A stretch of DNA of 64,000 bases from Microthyrium microscopicum (GCA_010405405.1 MU004235.1:1316538-1380537), one strand, 5' to 3'; positions 11,780 to 25,900 are shown, counted from the stretch's first letter. Made by a program: numbers and translations. The notes: generated by a model from the sequence alone, not told the origin.

Positions 11780-12809
11780 GTTAGGCTGTAAACCATTCAA
11801 TGATGGGTACAATGTGTGGACGAAACTATTCAGCGAAAAATGGTTGTTAAGCCTTGTAGGCGACGGCCTCATTCAGAGTCAAATCTGGCACAAACGACAT
11901 TACAATATCATCTCCAATTCCTACCAGGTATGTATTCAGCCAACGAAGCCTTGGAAGCTCATGGCTTGTGACGAAATGATACAGAACTACTGTAGAGCTG
12001 CATAGAAGCAGGGATGTAGCTCAATGCAAGTTCCACATCAGATTTGTGGATATCAAAATATCGACAAGGTCCACGTCACGGCTCCTCCCGCAAGTTTAGA
12101 TCGGCATCGATATTTACGAAATAGCATGATACCCAAATCCGGGCTTGCGGTTGCAGATTAGCGAACGAGTGGCGTGAGAAACAATTCGTTTATGCAGCTG
12201 ATCGCCTCTGTCTCGGCTCTCAAGGTACACGAGTTGCTTCGCAGCTTTGAACTGCAAGTTGTTTCCAAAAATGATTTGTCGAGCATACTTTTTCTCAAGT
12301 AGCTGGTTGGCAAAACAAATGGCACGGCACGCTGATATCAAAAGCGGTGGTTTCCGTTAACGCGAGTAAGCAAGAAGTGCCATATTTTCCATGTTGTTTA
12401 TGAGCCTCCAACATATGAGCGATCCCTGTGGGAAATAAAGCAATCGATCACGAAGCGCAGTAGAAATTCGGCATCGTACTAGATGGGAGCAATTCCATTC
12501 TTTGTTTGCCCACCGCACAATCATATCTCTTGACTACAACAGCAGGAGGTGTGGTGAGAAATGAAATCCGAGGTTTGAAGGCAAGCTAGTGGAATGGTAT
12601 CCAAACTCTCTCATATCATTCTGTTGTACTTACATTGGAAAAGCTTTGATAGTTAGTCGGGTCCTGTTGCCTGGAGAATAGGAGAGAAAGGCTCCAGCCC
12701 AGCCTTTCCCAACCTTCCCCAACCTCATCTCGAGACAATAATTTTGGCTGTTGAATCAGAGAGTTTGGAAGCTCGATGTGTTAATCTTACCAGCCGCCCC
12801 TAACTCATC

Positions 12810-14295
12810 ATGAATGACATTACTGCAGAAAACCCAAGTTTTGATTGGGAATTATGTGGGTTGTTACACAATAAGATTATTGACATCGGATGGGCTGCAG
12901 GTGGCTATTCAGAAACACACGATCATCGTAGTTGGTGGGAGTATCATTCTACTTCTCACTCTCTGGATGGACATACTTGTCATGTTCATAATCAACCATT
13001 ATCGACAAATTCAATTCTAGAGCAGCTAGAACAACGACTGCCCCTGGATCTGATCAAGTTCCTCAAATTAGCGAAGAACTGTGATAGTGGTGGACCTTTT
13101 TGCTTCATATTCGCTGACCTATGTCGGCCATATGAAATCCTGGATTACTTAGATGCGGCTAACCCATTTGCAAGCATCCTCGCGCAATCAGGTGGAGCGT
13201 ATCAGATATGTTTATACAGGGCCAACCTTTCTCATGGCATCGGTATTCTGTAAGTAAGATTTCATTGTCAATTGGATGATGAGGGTATCTAATGTGTGCT
13301 TACCTAGATTTAACATACGGACCATGGGCGCCTTTACGCTCTATTGTGTTGAGGACCAGCCTGGCTATGGTCTGCCCGCCGGCATGATCATTCCACTTGA
13401 AACCATCCTATCTGGCTTGCTCGACATGGAGAAAGAAAAGCGAATCGAAGCTGCCGGCAGCCAACTGCACCCGGGTACTGGAAAACCAATAAATCCAGGG
13501 AAATGGTCTTGGAATACTCGAGATAATCCAGAAGTCATCACGCCTAAAACTGTTCAAGCATGGGATAGCTTGCTTGATGCTATTGAGGAGAAGAATCCAA
13601 CATTGAGACACGAACAATGTAAAGTGGGTTATCCTCCCGAGGCTTTGAGCTCCGCTGGTCTTTGCACTTTTTGGGTGGAGCATAGATTCATCATCGAGTT
13701 CCTCAGTTCCATTCGAATACCAAACTTCAAATACATTGCCCCAGGTCTACGTCTTCCAACGTCCGCAGAGCTAATGAACCAACCTTTTGGAGACCAGCAG
13801 AAATTCAGAAGGCGACTCGACCCTCCAACTCAAGTGCACGTCTTCCCTTTTGTTTTCCTTCGGACCGACCAGCCCGTGCCGATGCCTCCATATGGCTGGC
13901 TTTCACCACAATGGGCCAAAGTAACCCAGAATGAAGCAGGCTTGTACCTAAACAGCATGTATGGATACCCAGATGGATGTAGACTTTTCTTGCCCATAAG
14001 AGTTGGTGAAAACGGTTGGGCCAAAAAAGGTGATTTGACGAAATTCAAACCAGGTGGTATGGCATGGTCATGGTACAATATCTTTTATGATGGGCTCTAC
14101 CAGCCAGGAAATCATAGTCACATATTTCGGTACCCTGCACTATCACTGGAAAGGTTGCTCACAAATTGGACAGATATGGTGAAAAATGGGCATTGGAATG
14201 TTGGCCCTGATGGAGTAAGTGATGGAATTGAAAAGTTCAAGGAGGCTGATACGGAGGAGAAGTGGCGGTTATACTGTATACAGAGTCTTTGGTGA
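12810..14295 (+). CDS. Conserved fungal hypothetical protein
   Basis: Two ORFs joined by intron 13250-13307. C-terminus LERLLTNWTDMVKNGHWNVGPDGV...FKEAD...W..Y. Confidence 0.75.
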
Positions 14296-15151
14296 AATGT
14301 CTCCCTTCCTTCGAAATCGCTAGTTTTGGAAATATTTTCGCTACGGTCCGTCATGATGATAGAAATGAGTGGTGATCAGCTCAGCTACCTTGTAAGTGCT
14401 CGCCTAGATGGAGATTGCAATCCGGCAGTATTCGTCCTTTTTCACATTATACACATTGCGTGTAGAATAAACTATAGCCATCCAGGGCAAACTTGCGAAG
14501 GTGTTAGTACGTACCTAAATAGCGATAGCTCATCACGTTGTGAAAGTAGGTAGTTTTCAATGCTTACTAGAACCTAATCGACATTAACACATAGTACTCC
14601 TTAAGTCACTGCAGACTTCATTTCAGCTACTTTGACTACAAAATCAACGAGCGGACGAGAAATATAACAGAACCGAATAGCTTAGTGGTCAGAAAGACTC
14701 GCACTAGTGCCATTAGCTACGATGATGAGTTTGAACAATTGTTGTTTACCTTTGATAAAGGGGTTGAAAAGGGGCTAAAATAATCTTTTTCCCTTCGAAA
14801 TTGAGATATAAAGTTGATGGGAATCCATGACACATTAATTCAGGACATTGAAAGAAAATGAAGACGCTCATCGATCGGGAGGTGTCATTCGACAAATCGA
14901 ACAGCAGTTTTCGTGTTACAACAATCCTGTATCACCACGCAAGGAGACCTTTCATTGCTGCTGAAGCCCAGAAGCTAACTTGAACTGGTTCTTGAAGGGA
15001 TTTCTGCCTGTTTTTCGTTCCTGGGAAAATATCTTAAAATTTATTTTTCCTCGTCAAGAGATCTCTATCACTTCTCCTTTCTTTCATTCGCATCATTGAT
15101 TATCTCAATCTTCCTTTCTTTATAGCCACTAGTCTATTCTTCACCGTTGTT

Positions 15152-18100
15152 ATGGGACGCTATGAAGAGGAGTCGACGGATGGAGACTCCGGCAGTGGAG
15201 TTGAAAGAGCCAATCTATTGTTAGGCTTCATCAACGCGATTGATCATACTGGAGACTTTGCCACCTCCAACGTTTATGAAGAATTCCCTCCGCCTAGCAT
15301 CGAAGTCAAGAATGTTGGTTCAATCGGAATACCTTTGACCTAGGAAATAATGCAAGCTCTGATCGAAGAAAGTCGTGCTGCGCCATTCGGTAAACATGAC
15401 CAAACGGTAATTGACGATACTGTCAGAAAGACCTGGGAAATCGACAGAGAGCACATTACTTTCCGAAACCCGCGATGGTCAGAACGGCTAGCGAAGGTTG
15501 CGGGAGAGGCTACTGTAAAGCTCGGAGTGGCTGGTGATGCGAATAATATACAAGTCGAGCTGTATAAGATGCTAATTTATGAGCCTGGTGCCATGTTCAA
15601 GCCTCATCAGGGGTAGGTCGATCTTCAAAGAGTGGAGTTGCACGGTTTTCTCACTGATGTTGTATAGTACAGAGCGTTCTGATGGCATGTTTGGTACTCT
15701 CGACATTTACTTGCCTTCGGAACATCAAGGCGGAGCAGTCGAACTACGACATGGAGATCGCAAAATGTGTATGAATACTGCAGATATCTCGGCTTTCATA
15801 ATCGCATCTCTTGCGTGGTAAATATCAAATGCAGCGAAGTCAATAATAAGAACTGACGTATCCTCAGGTATTCTGATGTCACACATGAGGTACGTGGAAA
15901 GAGATCAGACAATTCTAGTCCTCACACGGAGTAGATCAAGCCTGTTGAAATTGGTTGTAGGTGGGTCTTAACTACCATCTCATTCTCAAAAGCTTCTCTC
16001 CAGAGTCTACATCCGCCGTTACTACTGAAATGTCAGTATTTCAGTGCCTTTTGAACGATTGGAAAGAAACTTCTTCCACTTTCTTTGCCTATGCACTCGA
16101 GCATCAATATACGGACTCGGCATTGCAGTTGACCAACTTCAAAGGTGTAGATTATGCACGTGGCCGCTTCATTACTAACGCTTGTGCTGATGGAGATGAC
16201 TTCCAAGTGCTTTTAGCTAATTTGGAGAAACATGTTCTCTTGGAGGCTGATGAATATCACGAGGACGACCGGAAGAGGATTCAACTGGCTAAGATCGTGG
16301 ATTCAAATGGCCTTGCGATGGTTCTTTATCGGCGAACGAACATTCTTCCCAATGATATTCTTTAATCTATTTACGATGAAGAACGAGATCCGGACAAACA
16401 ATGGGGAGGTGAATTTACGGGGAATGAGCACGCAGAAGTTGGTCGCATCTACAAGAAGTCTGTATGTCATCCTGCTACATAACCACGATCTCGACTGATA
16501 TATATTTTTAGGTCCTCTTGATTGTCAAAGCCTCTCACGTAGGTGAGCTTCTACTCGATCCATACTATACCTCAGCTGTTTTTGGAACACTTCTGGCACA
16601 TCTTTGCAAACTTCGTGCGTCTCAAATGAAAGATTCCCTGGATTTTGGCAAGTTGGTTACTCAAACATGTTCTTCATACCTCAAAGAAGGATATACACAC
16701 AGCAGTAAAGGTCTTCGAGGACGCGCATTCGAGCACGAGAAAAGAGACAAGTATTTTGTTCATATCCTTTACGCAGCTTTCAGGACGGACAATGCGGCCA
16801 TGTTGTCTGAAGTCATAAACCAGTTTGAGGAAGAGATTCCAGCAGAAGATTTTAGAGCTCTAGGATGCATACTAGATTTTGAGACAAGTTCAATACCACA
16901 AGAAGAGTAATTTGACTTTCTCTCTGAGGTCAAAAACACCAGAATCTAATGAGAAATTTACAGTGTTGCGAGTTTATTGATAAATCACACTGCACTTTAT
17001 CATCAGATATGGAGACGTATTTCATATTTCAACCAAGGTCAAAACATTAGTTTGGCTGGAGCAGACCCTGTCAAAAGGCAACGAATGCATCACTGGACTT
17101 TGGAGAGGCTCTCAGATGGTCTTGAATCTATCGATAATGTCTCAGCACTAGATGCCGGTGCAGTGCTGGACAGTGCCAATGCATGTCCTCAGGCCGAATT
17201 CTTGGATAGGTATATTTTGCTCAGCCTTCCAAATGACTCATTCTAATCTAACAGGATCAAAGTGTTTGTTATCAAAAGTAATGAATGTGAACATTTCATG
17301 AATGCAATGGCCACCGAAACATTGAGGTAAGACCTTGTTGCATAGAAACATATGAAGCTATGAGTACAATAAGCATTCGTGACGCCGGCTTTGATACTGC
17401 CCTTATCATTTCAGGCTAACATGGCCCAGCGTTTTACATCCGACCTATTCTAAAGAGGGAGCACAAGCAATGAATTGGTTGAAACCCCTTGCTACAGAAC
17501 TGTTTGCACTAGTTTTCCATTCATCGCGACCCAATTCCGGCTTTCAAGCTTCTTGTCAACGAAGAAAAAAAAATTTGACTACCCATTTTCTGTAGCTTCC
17601 AACATAAGAGATGACAGGCGCCGGATCCACAGGAGACAACATGACGCATGGCTAATTGGCGAATTCTTTCGACGACTGAGCTCATCCAGTGGACCCGACA
17701 GCGAAGATGACTTCCTCAGCTTACTCGGAAATTAACTCAAATGCCTTGATCTGGCTGAGCTGTTGAGAATTGCGCCGTATCTTTTGCATCAGAGGGTTCC
17801 AGATCTCCAGGCCGAGTCTGTCCATGCCTCCAAGTTTTGTCATGAGCTGATGCAACTTAATGCTCGGCATTTCGTGAACATGGAACTAATTGAGCCAATG
17901 GAATGGACCAGATCTGCCGAGTTTCGTGTACCGCCTGATCATTGGGACAAAGGAGAATGTGAACATTGCAGACTCATGAAGAACTTCTTCGAAGATCCAC
18001 AACTGGAAACACAACTTTTCACCACGGAGGTGTTCGAAAACTACAAAGACGACGGAAAATATAGTTCCCTAGAATGGGTATCGCATGGAGCTAGTTACAT

Positions 18101-18323
18101 TGCTAGGAAGACAAACAATATATGGCGAAACGAGCATATGCTATGGAAATCGCGTTGCTACTAGATGCAGGACTTCTTTGGGCAATTGCCCCAGGACAAG
18201 CTCAAGTGGCTTTTGGGTCCAAATTATGTATCAGTCATGGATCTGGCTGTTGTCAAGCCGAAGGCGCAGACCGACGATTCTGCTGGTGCTGGCCACGCTG
18301 ATGACATGCCTCTAAGAAAGTGA
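15152..18323 (+). pseudogene. 2OG-Fe(II) oxygenase-superfamily protein, inactivated
   Basis: Motifs APFGKHDQTVIDDTVRKTWE, LYKMLIYEPGAMFKPH, GMFGTL, LPSEHQGG, YSDVTHE, LEHQYT, FTGNE. In-frame stops at 15341, 16363, 17733 and 18162, with coding sequence continuing in frame after each. Confidence 0.82.
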
Positions 18324-19198
18324 ATCCATCTGTAAGACCCTGAGAGCTCGACGACATAAAGGCATGCTGCCACTTCCGCTTACAGTTGAAGCTCATGTCC
18401 TTGATAAATGAGATCAACTGATGTTGGACATCATAGCCACGATCTTCGCGCCCTGTTTTCACCATCTGATTGGAGTATTGATATCATGTGCAACAGAGGT
18501 AGCGCTTTTCGCACTTATTGGTACCTTATAAACATATGTTCTGCTCACTCAACTCTTCTGCCATTCTGTAACTCACATTGGCTGTTACCGCTTGACAGGT
18601 CGTGAACTTGTGTTTGGGTCGAAGGACTCCAAGTCAATAGTGACCTGCAACTGATCGGACAGATACATATAGTGTGGGAGGGAGCTAGGCACTCTCAGAG
18701 GCAATATACCCGCTCTCTCAATTTTCATCGAGCGCTTTAAGCAAGCTTATGATGCCGATCGGTACGTCGCAGACATGGACCGGACCGTCAAATAGGACGT
18801 CAAGGCGGAGTGGTTGGATTTGATGAGCTAGAACTTGATGAAGAAGATGTAAAATGGGTTCAAATTAACTTCTGGGGGCAGCCGAATCACAAAGAATGGC
18901 CAACTGAGCTGAAGGCGATTTGTTTCTGTGGCACCAAAATTGCGTATGTTCCGATGAAATGATCAATGAATGATACGATCATCATGCGTTTAGTCTCGCT
19001 TTCTTTTAAATTCGGGTTCCAAGGCCTCAGTTCTGTGTATCTAGTCTTGCCGGTGGAGAACTAACAGCTAACCACGCTTTCGATCTGATAGCGCCCGATA
19101 GGCAGAAAGGCTCCTCGGCGGCTCGGCCACAGCTGAAGTTGCATTTGTATTCCGGCTCGTGCATACTGTAAAGCTTAAAGGTAGGCTTTGATACATGT

Positions 19199-19410
19199 CA
19201 ACGGCATGGCAAAATGAACGGCCTTGTCCCATCAGCTCTACGGCGGCCATTAACGCTCTTACGCAAAAAGTGCTGTACTTTTTATTATACGTTATAAATT
19301 ATTCGAATGTAAACACCGTTTATGTTAAATAAAGCACTTAATAAAAGAGCGTAGCGTTTGGAAGCCAGCGAGGCTGATGGGAGCGCGCCATTTATTTTGC
19401 CGACCCGTTG
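19199..19410. mobile_element. MITE, CAAC...GTTG family, 212 bp
   Basis: caacggcatggcaaaatgaacgg...gcgccatttattttgccgacccgttg, flanked on both sides by acatgt. Confidence 0.85.
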
Positions 19411-20138
19411 ACATGTATAAACCTTATGATATTGGACCCGGAGATCCGACAAGGAATCCCTGAGATCAAGCGCAGCTCGGGCCGCGGCAGAGATTCAAAG
19501 CAGCTTGTTGATGTGATGTCACCGACAAGTGAGTTGTGAAAGGAAGACAAAGTTCATGAAATCAAAGTGCTTTAAAGAAGAAGTAGAAGAAGTTGAAGAA
19601 GTTGAAGAAGTTGAAGTTGAGTTTGAAACGGCCTCTAAAACAGCTGGAGGTGAGGCGAAGCTTCTGACGCCACCAAAACTCAGCCACAAGAGTTTATGAT
19701 GATGACCAGTTGTCTCACTCCTGAGTCTTGACCAACAAGTTATCAATAACATTCTCGTGCTTCTCCAATAACCATCAAAATCCCACAATCCGGCCCAAAT
19801 GCACTTCGTCTCGCTGCCTAGGGCACGGTCAGCTTTCATCAGCTACATGTTATTCAGCCAAATTGTGACTCCAGCAGCCTAACCGGAACTCCAGGCATAC
19901 TCACGCCAGCAACCGGCCATACAGTACATCTGACTGGATCCTGGAACCACGTCGCTCACGTATAAGAATCCCAGTCGACTACCTCTTGGAAGTTGCAAGC
20001 TGATCGACAATATATGAATACCCGGCCATAGCTTTACCCGCTGCGCCGGTTTGGTACTTATTTTTGTCCTTCTTTCTCTGTATTATTGTTTTCTTGATCT
20101 GTATAACTTATACTGGATACTCCGTACCCCGCGATATC

Positions 20139-22175
20139 ATGGCGGACTCACCGCTTGCGGGAGCAACCGCAGAGGCCACCGCTGCTTATCAGAATGGCTC
20201 TAATCTCTCCGGCCATTCGAGTAGAAGCCATGGACAGCCAGAGCCTGTGAGAAGTACAATACCAAAAGCTTCACCGGCTCAGGGACCTATGCCTCCACCT
20301 ACTCCTCCACCTAATGATGCAGAGGAGAAGGAAGCGAGGCATTACTGGGGAGACTTGTTTGCTCAAGATAAGAGGTGTACAGAGACATTGGACAGGCTGT
20401 TGACAGCGTTGTGCAAATACATCGTATGATCTCCCAAAAACCGCAAGGGAAGAGTACTAATGAAAGTGGTGTAGTCAGCGAACTTTTACCCCAACGATCA
20501 TAACGATCTAACTCCCCCACAACTCGCCGCCTTCTACAAGGCTGTGGGTGGAGATTACGATATTCTTTTCCTCAAGACTCCTCCCAATGCTATCGCATAT
20601 ATATACCAATCTCTCGGATGCCTTCATTCCCTTCAACCCGAACCAGCCAACGATGGCTTCTCAAATCCTACCGTGCCAGCACTCAAAGCAAGAGGGTTCA
20701 TAACCTGGCAAACCATTCAACTACTTCTCGGTCCTGAGGAGCACGTACCTTTCCTCCAATCCGCTCTCGCGCAATTCGACGTCATCGATCCAGATACTGG
20801 ATCTCCATTCCCTAAGCTCCTCCCCAAAGCTTGCTTTCCCGACCGTCCAGATGCACAAATGACAAAGTGGTACGAAGAAGTTTCGGACCGTCTAAGACGT
20901 GAACAAGAAGCCTCGACTCGCCGTGATGCCGAAACGCATCGTGGCCATCAACACGCTCCTAAACGAGACCACACCCCTGACTCGTCTGCCGACGATGAAC
21001 GGCAAGAACGTAACGAGGCCGCTCGCTACTTTTCCAACCCTCTATATCGCGACCGCGCCGGCCGACCAGCCATTGTACGTCAATGGTCGCGCCCCTCACC
21101 TCGATCGGGCATTGGATTCATACAAGATCGCGGTCGCGCACTTGCAGCCAACGTACGGCACCTATGGAATCCGCACCTTGCGCCGCCCTCTCCCTCAGCC
21201 AACAACCCAAACCACGCACGTCGAAGAAGTTGGCACGCAGATTCCAGTGATATTGATGACAGGGACGATCGCACGCCAAAGGGCACGTCACCAGCCCGCC
21301 AACCCCGTCGAGGCCGTAGTCTATCCAGCGCCTCTAGTTCCGGCAGCGAAAATATAGATCCTAAACACACACGCCCGTTACCTCCCCGCGCTCGTCTATC
21401 ACCACAAGATCGTCCACCTCGTAGTGCTAGCCGCACTTCTCCACCTATACGCGAACCCTCTGCAACGCGCCGCAGTTCACATAATGACGCGGCTATACCT
21501 CCTGTCCCCCCTATACCCGTGCCATCAGACGAATACTTCCCTCGATATGCCAGTGCCGCCAGCTCACGACGTCACTCATCCGCCCACGCACCCGCACCTC
21601 TCGGCGACGCAGCAGGCTTCGCACCCTCCAACGCCGCTCCATTCGCTGCGCGCGTGGCTCGATTACAAAGTGTCTCAGGGTCAAGCAGCGTAGTCAGCGG
21701 CTCAGGCACAGAACGAGACAGACGGCGTGACCGCGATCGCAGTACCAATGGCCGTCCACCAGAACGCAGCGGTAGTGGCCGAGATGCCAGCACCAGTCAA
21801 CGAGACCGTGACAGAGAACGCGAAGCAAGGGAACGCGAAGTAGGCATGCGATATTTACGCGGCACAGGCTCCGAAGCAGCGACACGCGCACGCGCAGCAC
21901 GAGATCGAGATCGAGATCGAGAATACGAGGAACGCATCAAACGGAGTCGATCGAGTGATGATCGTGGACGCAGAGATCGAGAACGGGAGAGGGAGGATGA
22001 TCGAAGACGGAGGGAGAAGGGCCGGATGGGGGAGAGTCAGAGTGTGGAGAGGAGGGATAGGCGGATGCAGAAGGTTAGCAGGGAGGAGGGCAGTGATGAA
22101 AGAAGTCGAAGACGGAGATCGAGGGTGGATCCGGATTTGGTTGGTGTTGATGGAAGGGCATATCCAAATTATTGA
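20139..22175 (+). CDS. Conserved fungal hypothetical protein (DUF7514-like N-terminal domain, Arg/Ser/Asp-rich tail)
   Basis: ATG 20139, intron 20424-20474. WGDLF..DKRCT..LDRLL, LAAFYKAVGGDYDILF, IYQSLGCLHSLQP, PALKARGFITWQTIQLLLGPEEH, then a low-complexity C-terminus. Confidence 0.75.
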
Positions 22176-22966
22176 TAATGATTATTTGATCTGGATGGGC
22201 GGGAGACATGTCGTCTCTTAGAGGGAAGATGGTGTAATCTCAATTCTATTGGCATTAGCGATTTCATACATGACGATAGTTTTTTGTTCTGTTCTTGATG
22301 GCGTTTTATCAATATCAAAATGCTGATGCCGGCTGGTATACAATATAATTGGCGTTCTCCCATCGACTTCGGTGGTTTCCAGACGACTCGGTCTGCTATC
22401 GAGTGTTTTATTTCCTGACAGGGCATTCAGAAATGGACAGTTTATTAATTGCAATGCAAGATATAGAATCCTTTACCTGATAACGTGCGTGGGACCCAGC
22501 GAAACTGCATTGTGATAGGGCACGCCAGTTATTTTGTCCATCGGCTGGATTTGATGCTGAGAATTACATTGAGGGGCTAAGCCGCTTTGAGATGGCGTAT
22601 GAACCCTCCAGCTTCTTTTTATCCCCTGCCACTATAGCTCCGTAGCCCCTTGACCCCTATATCGGCAATACTTTCCTTATTGTTCCGTCCACGGTCTCAC
22701 GGTCAACGTCGTTCGAACAATCCAGTACTGAATGGTTGTATTCAGTACTGGCCATAATTCTTATCATCTTCATAATTGAGATTTGAGTCCTAGTAGTGGT
22801 CAAGCTGCAAGTCTCATTGGAATCAAAGTGATAAATCCTATATTCACCATCTCATTATCATCGATACATGAATATGGATGTCTATGGCTCCTATCATGTA
22901 TCATGCGAAAGAGCTAACTATATGCTTCTTGGAATGCTTGATTCAAAGCAAAAGTTCTCTCATATA

Positions 22967-25900
22967 CTAGGAAGTGGCACCTGCTGTAGTTCCCTTGTCA
23001 ATCTGAAGACCAGCAGTCTCAGAAGTGGTTGCTTTTTCAATATCAACCAGAATCTCATCTTTGGAGTAGACTCTCACTCCAATAACACAGACAGCATTCC
23101 ATTTCTCAACACCATCGTCATCATCTTCCTCTTCCGCTTCAGCGGCTGGAGTTTCGTCTGCTGGAGCTTCTTCGCTTTGCTCCTCATTTTCCTCCTTATC
23201 TTCATCGTCGGTCTTATCGTCGTCGTCCTTGGTCTTCTTTGCCTTCTTGCTCTTCTTGGCCATCTTTTTACTTTTAGTAGGTTTAGCATCAACTTCGGCT
23301 TCTCCACCTATTCAGGTTAGTCCATGACATTCTTGCTCAATGTTGGATAATACTTACCAACTCCTTCGCCTTTAGGTTTATTTTCGCCCTTTGCGTGTTG
23401 ACCATGCTTTGCCTTGGCTTTTGGTTTATTCTCGGACTTTGATCCTTCCGCAACTTTTTCCTCCATGTCCTCACTGCTTCCATCATCATTATCATCATCA
23501 TCGTCTTCTTCCTCGTCTTCCCAGTCTCCATCTCCGGCTTCCACTTTTGCCTTCTCCTTGGTATCCTCGGATGCCTTAGCAATTGTTAGTTCAAGATAAT
23601 GTTCGGAGCTAACACGCTATGCGAAAAGACCATTAGGTTCTTTCGGTGTAAATCAGTATACCTCCCAGCGTATTCAGTGGCTCCTACAGTACCCGACCAG
23701 AGCCACTTTCTATGGGAGCAATCAAATACGCTAGCAGCACCACTGGTCGTGTACACTCTGAACAGCATCAAGACCGGGGATTAAGAGAGAAAATCCTTAC
23801 CTCATCGTCATCTTCATCATCATCAGAGCTTTCCTTTTCAGTGTCGCTGTCAGTTTCTTCTGTAGCTTTCTCTTTCTCTTCTGGCTTGGCATCATCTTTA
23901 GCATCTTTTGCCTCAACTTCCTCAGTCTTCGCAGCTTTCTCGGCCTTCTCATTGTCCTTTTCAACTTCTTTCACTTCTTCCTCATTCGCATCTTTAGCTG
24001 CTTGAACTTCCTCTGCAGTCAAGCCCTTGGCATTCGCAATATCGTGGTTGATGCCAATCTGTCGAAGTTTCTGTGGATTCGCTTCGGCATATTTCTTCAC
24101 CACGTTCTCAACTCGAGGAACATCATCCCAACGTTGAGCCAAGATCTTGGGAATAACCTCGTACTCGCCAGGCTCTAGGTCAACCTCGGCACTGATAGAG
24201 CGGCGATCACCGCCTGGGTTATCCCGAGCCCGAACAATCTCTTCATTATCTTTGATGCTTCGCAAGATGAAATGAAGCTCAAAGCTGTATGGCCCTTCCA
24301 AGCCTTTGAAGTATCGACTATCAAGCTGTGGTAGATTAGCCTGAAGTCTTGCTCATTGTGAAGGATAGGAGAGCTTACCTGGGTAAGAACAACAACGACT
24401 GGGCCAGCCTTTTTGATGGTGACCTTGAATTTGTGTTTCATATATCCAGCAACCCAGGCAACGTTGACACTGGTCCATTTCTGAACAACATGCCAGTCAG
24501 GTCCAAATAGTCTGGTGCGATCAATGATTCTAAATCGCTTCAACAAGTCTTCGTATGAGATCCAGAAAATGCCATCATCGCCAAAGGTGTGATCAAGCTT
24601 CTTCATCCAGTAGGGGGTCCTGTCATAATTAGTAAAACAATGAAGGTGCTTTCAATCGGATCATTACCATTCTTTGGACCCATCGCTCCAAGGACCATCC
24701 CACTCTCCATTTCCAGCTTGATTCCTCTTGCCCCATGGGTTTCTCGAAGCTGTTAGCACCGGATCAAGAACAGCTGCAGAATGACATACCGAACTTTTAC
24801 TAGTTTGACAGTTTTCCCGTCCTCACCTTTCACTTCTACAGCTTCCGAGATGGAGTAAGCATGGCTCAAGGCTATACCATTCTTTGCAGTAGTATCACTT
24901 GCTCCTGGCGAGCCAAGTGCCCATAGAAACTCTTTGTTCTCATTTTTCAATTCAGTCCAGAGGCGGTTCTTGTTCAAAATTCTGTTGGTGTAAAGACAGC
25001 TGGTGACTCCACCAGTCATGTCTTCAACACCTTCGCCCATAAGTCCGCCCTCAATGGAGCCATAGTCACCGTGAACTTTAGCAAATGCCTTTTCTAGTAG
25101 AGGTAGCCATGTTTCGTTCAGATCCGATGATCTGGCAAAATAGAGCGCAGTTGAACCAGTTTGATATCGTTCTTTCCACTTGCGTTCTTTCTCGCCTCGA
25201 GCATCATAATCATCCCATTGATAGTCAGAGGTGTTCAAGTAGAGATTGTCATCAATCACGGTCCAGATCCATTCGCCGTCTCGGAAAAAGACGAAGCCGT
25301 AAACACCACATTCTTCATCACGAGCCACACAAACTCGATCCATCACGCCCTCTACACTGGGTCGAGTTAGCCTCCTTCAAGCCAAAGCCATGAGCACTCA
25401 CCTGCAAAGCGTAGCAACCGCCGCCAACCACCAACAATCTCCATTTGCACCCTGCTGCACATCCAAGTCCGAAAAGCCATCAATCAAAAACTCCGGCTTC
25501 TCATAAATCCAATCAACACGATGTACGGCTGATGGATATCTAGGCGGACTAGCCGGCTCTCTGTTCAACACACTACTCAACGCTGCCAAATTCAACGGCG
25601 CATTCTGCGTATCAAACCCCAGAACACCACTCCCCAAGATCAAGCTCAATCCCGCCCGCAAATCACTAACATCATACCCCGTATCTGGGGCCTGATCTTC
25701 AACATTAGCCGCATCGCTCGAATTCGTGAGACCCCTTAAACAATTGAAGCGACCAAAGTCGCCCTCGAGGTCGAATTCAGCGTCAACAAATTTCTCGTTG
25801 GTGCGATGGCATTCGCGCACGATACGAGCGACGCGCGCTTTGCACTGTGCGACAGCGGCATTGTAGCTTTCGGCTGCAGAGCGGCTGACGCTGGTGCCGG

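Noticed and set aside
15152..18323. UAR-to-Gln codon reassignment or readthrough explaining the in-frame stops
   Set aside because: Intact conserved genes in the window (IMPDH, SIS1, the 2-hydroxyacid dehydrogenase) end at TAG or TAA normally; C>T decay is simpler.
23620..23660. Hammerhead core (ctgattta...gaaa on the minus strand)
   Set aside because: Lacks the required CUGAnGA consensus and stem II geometry.
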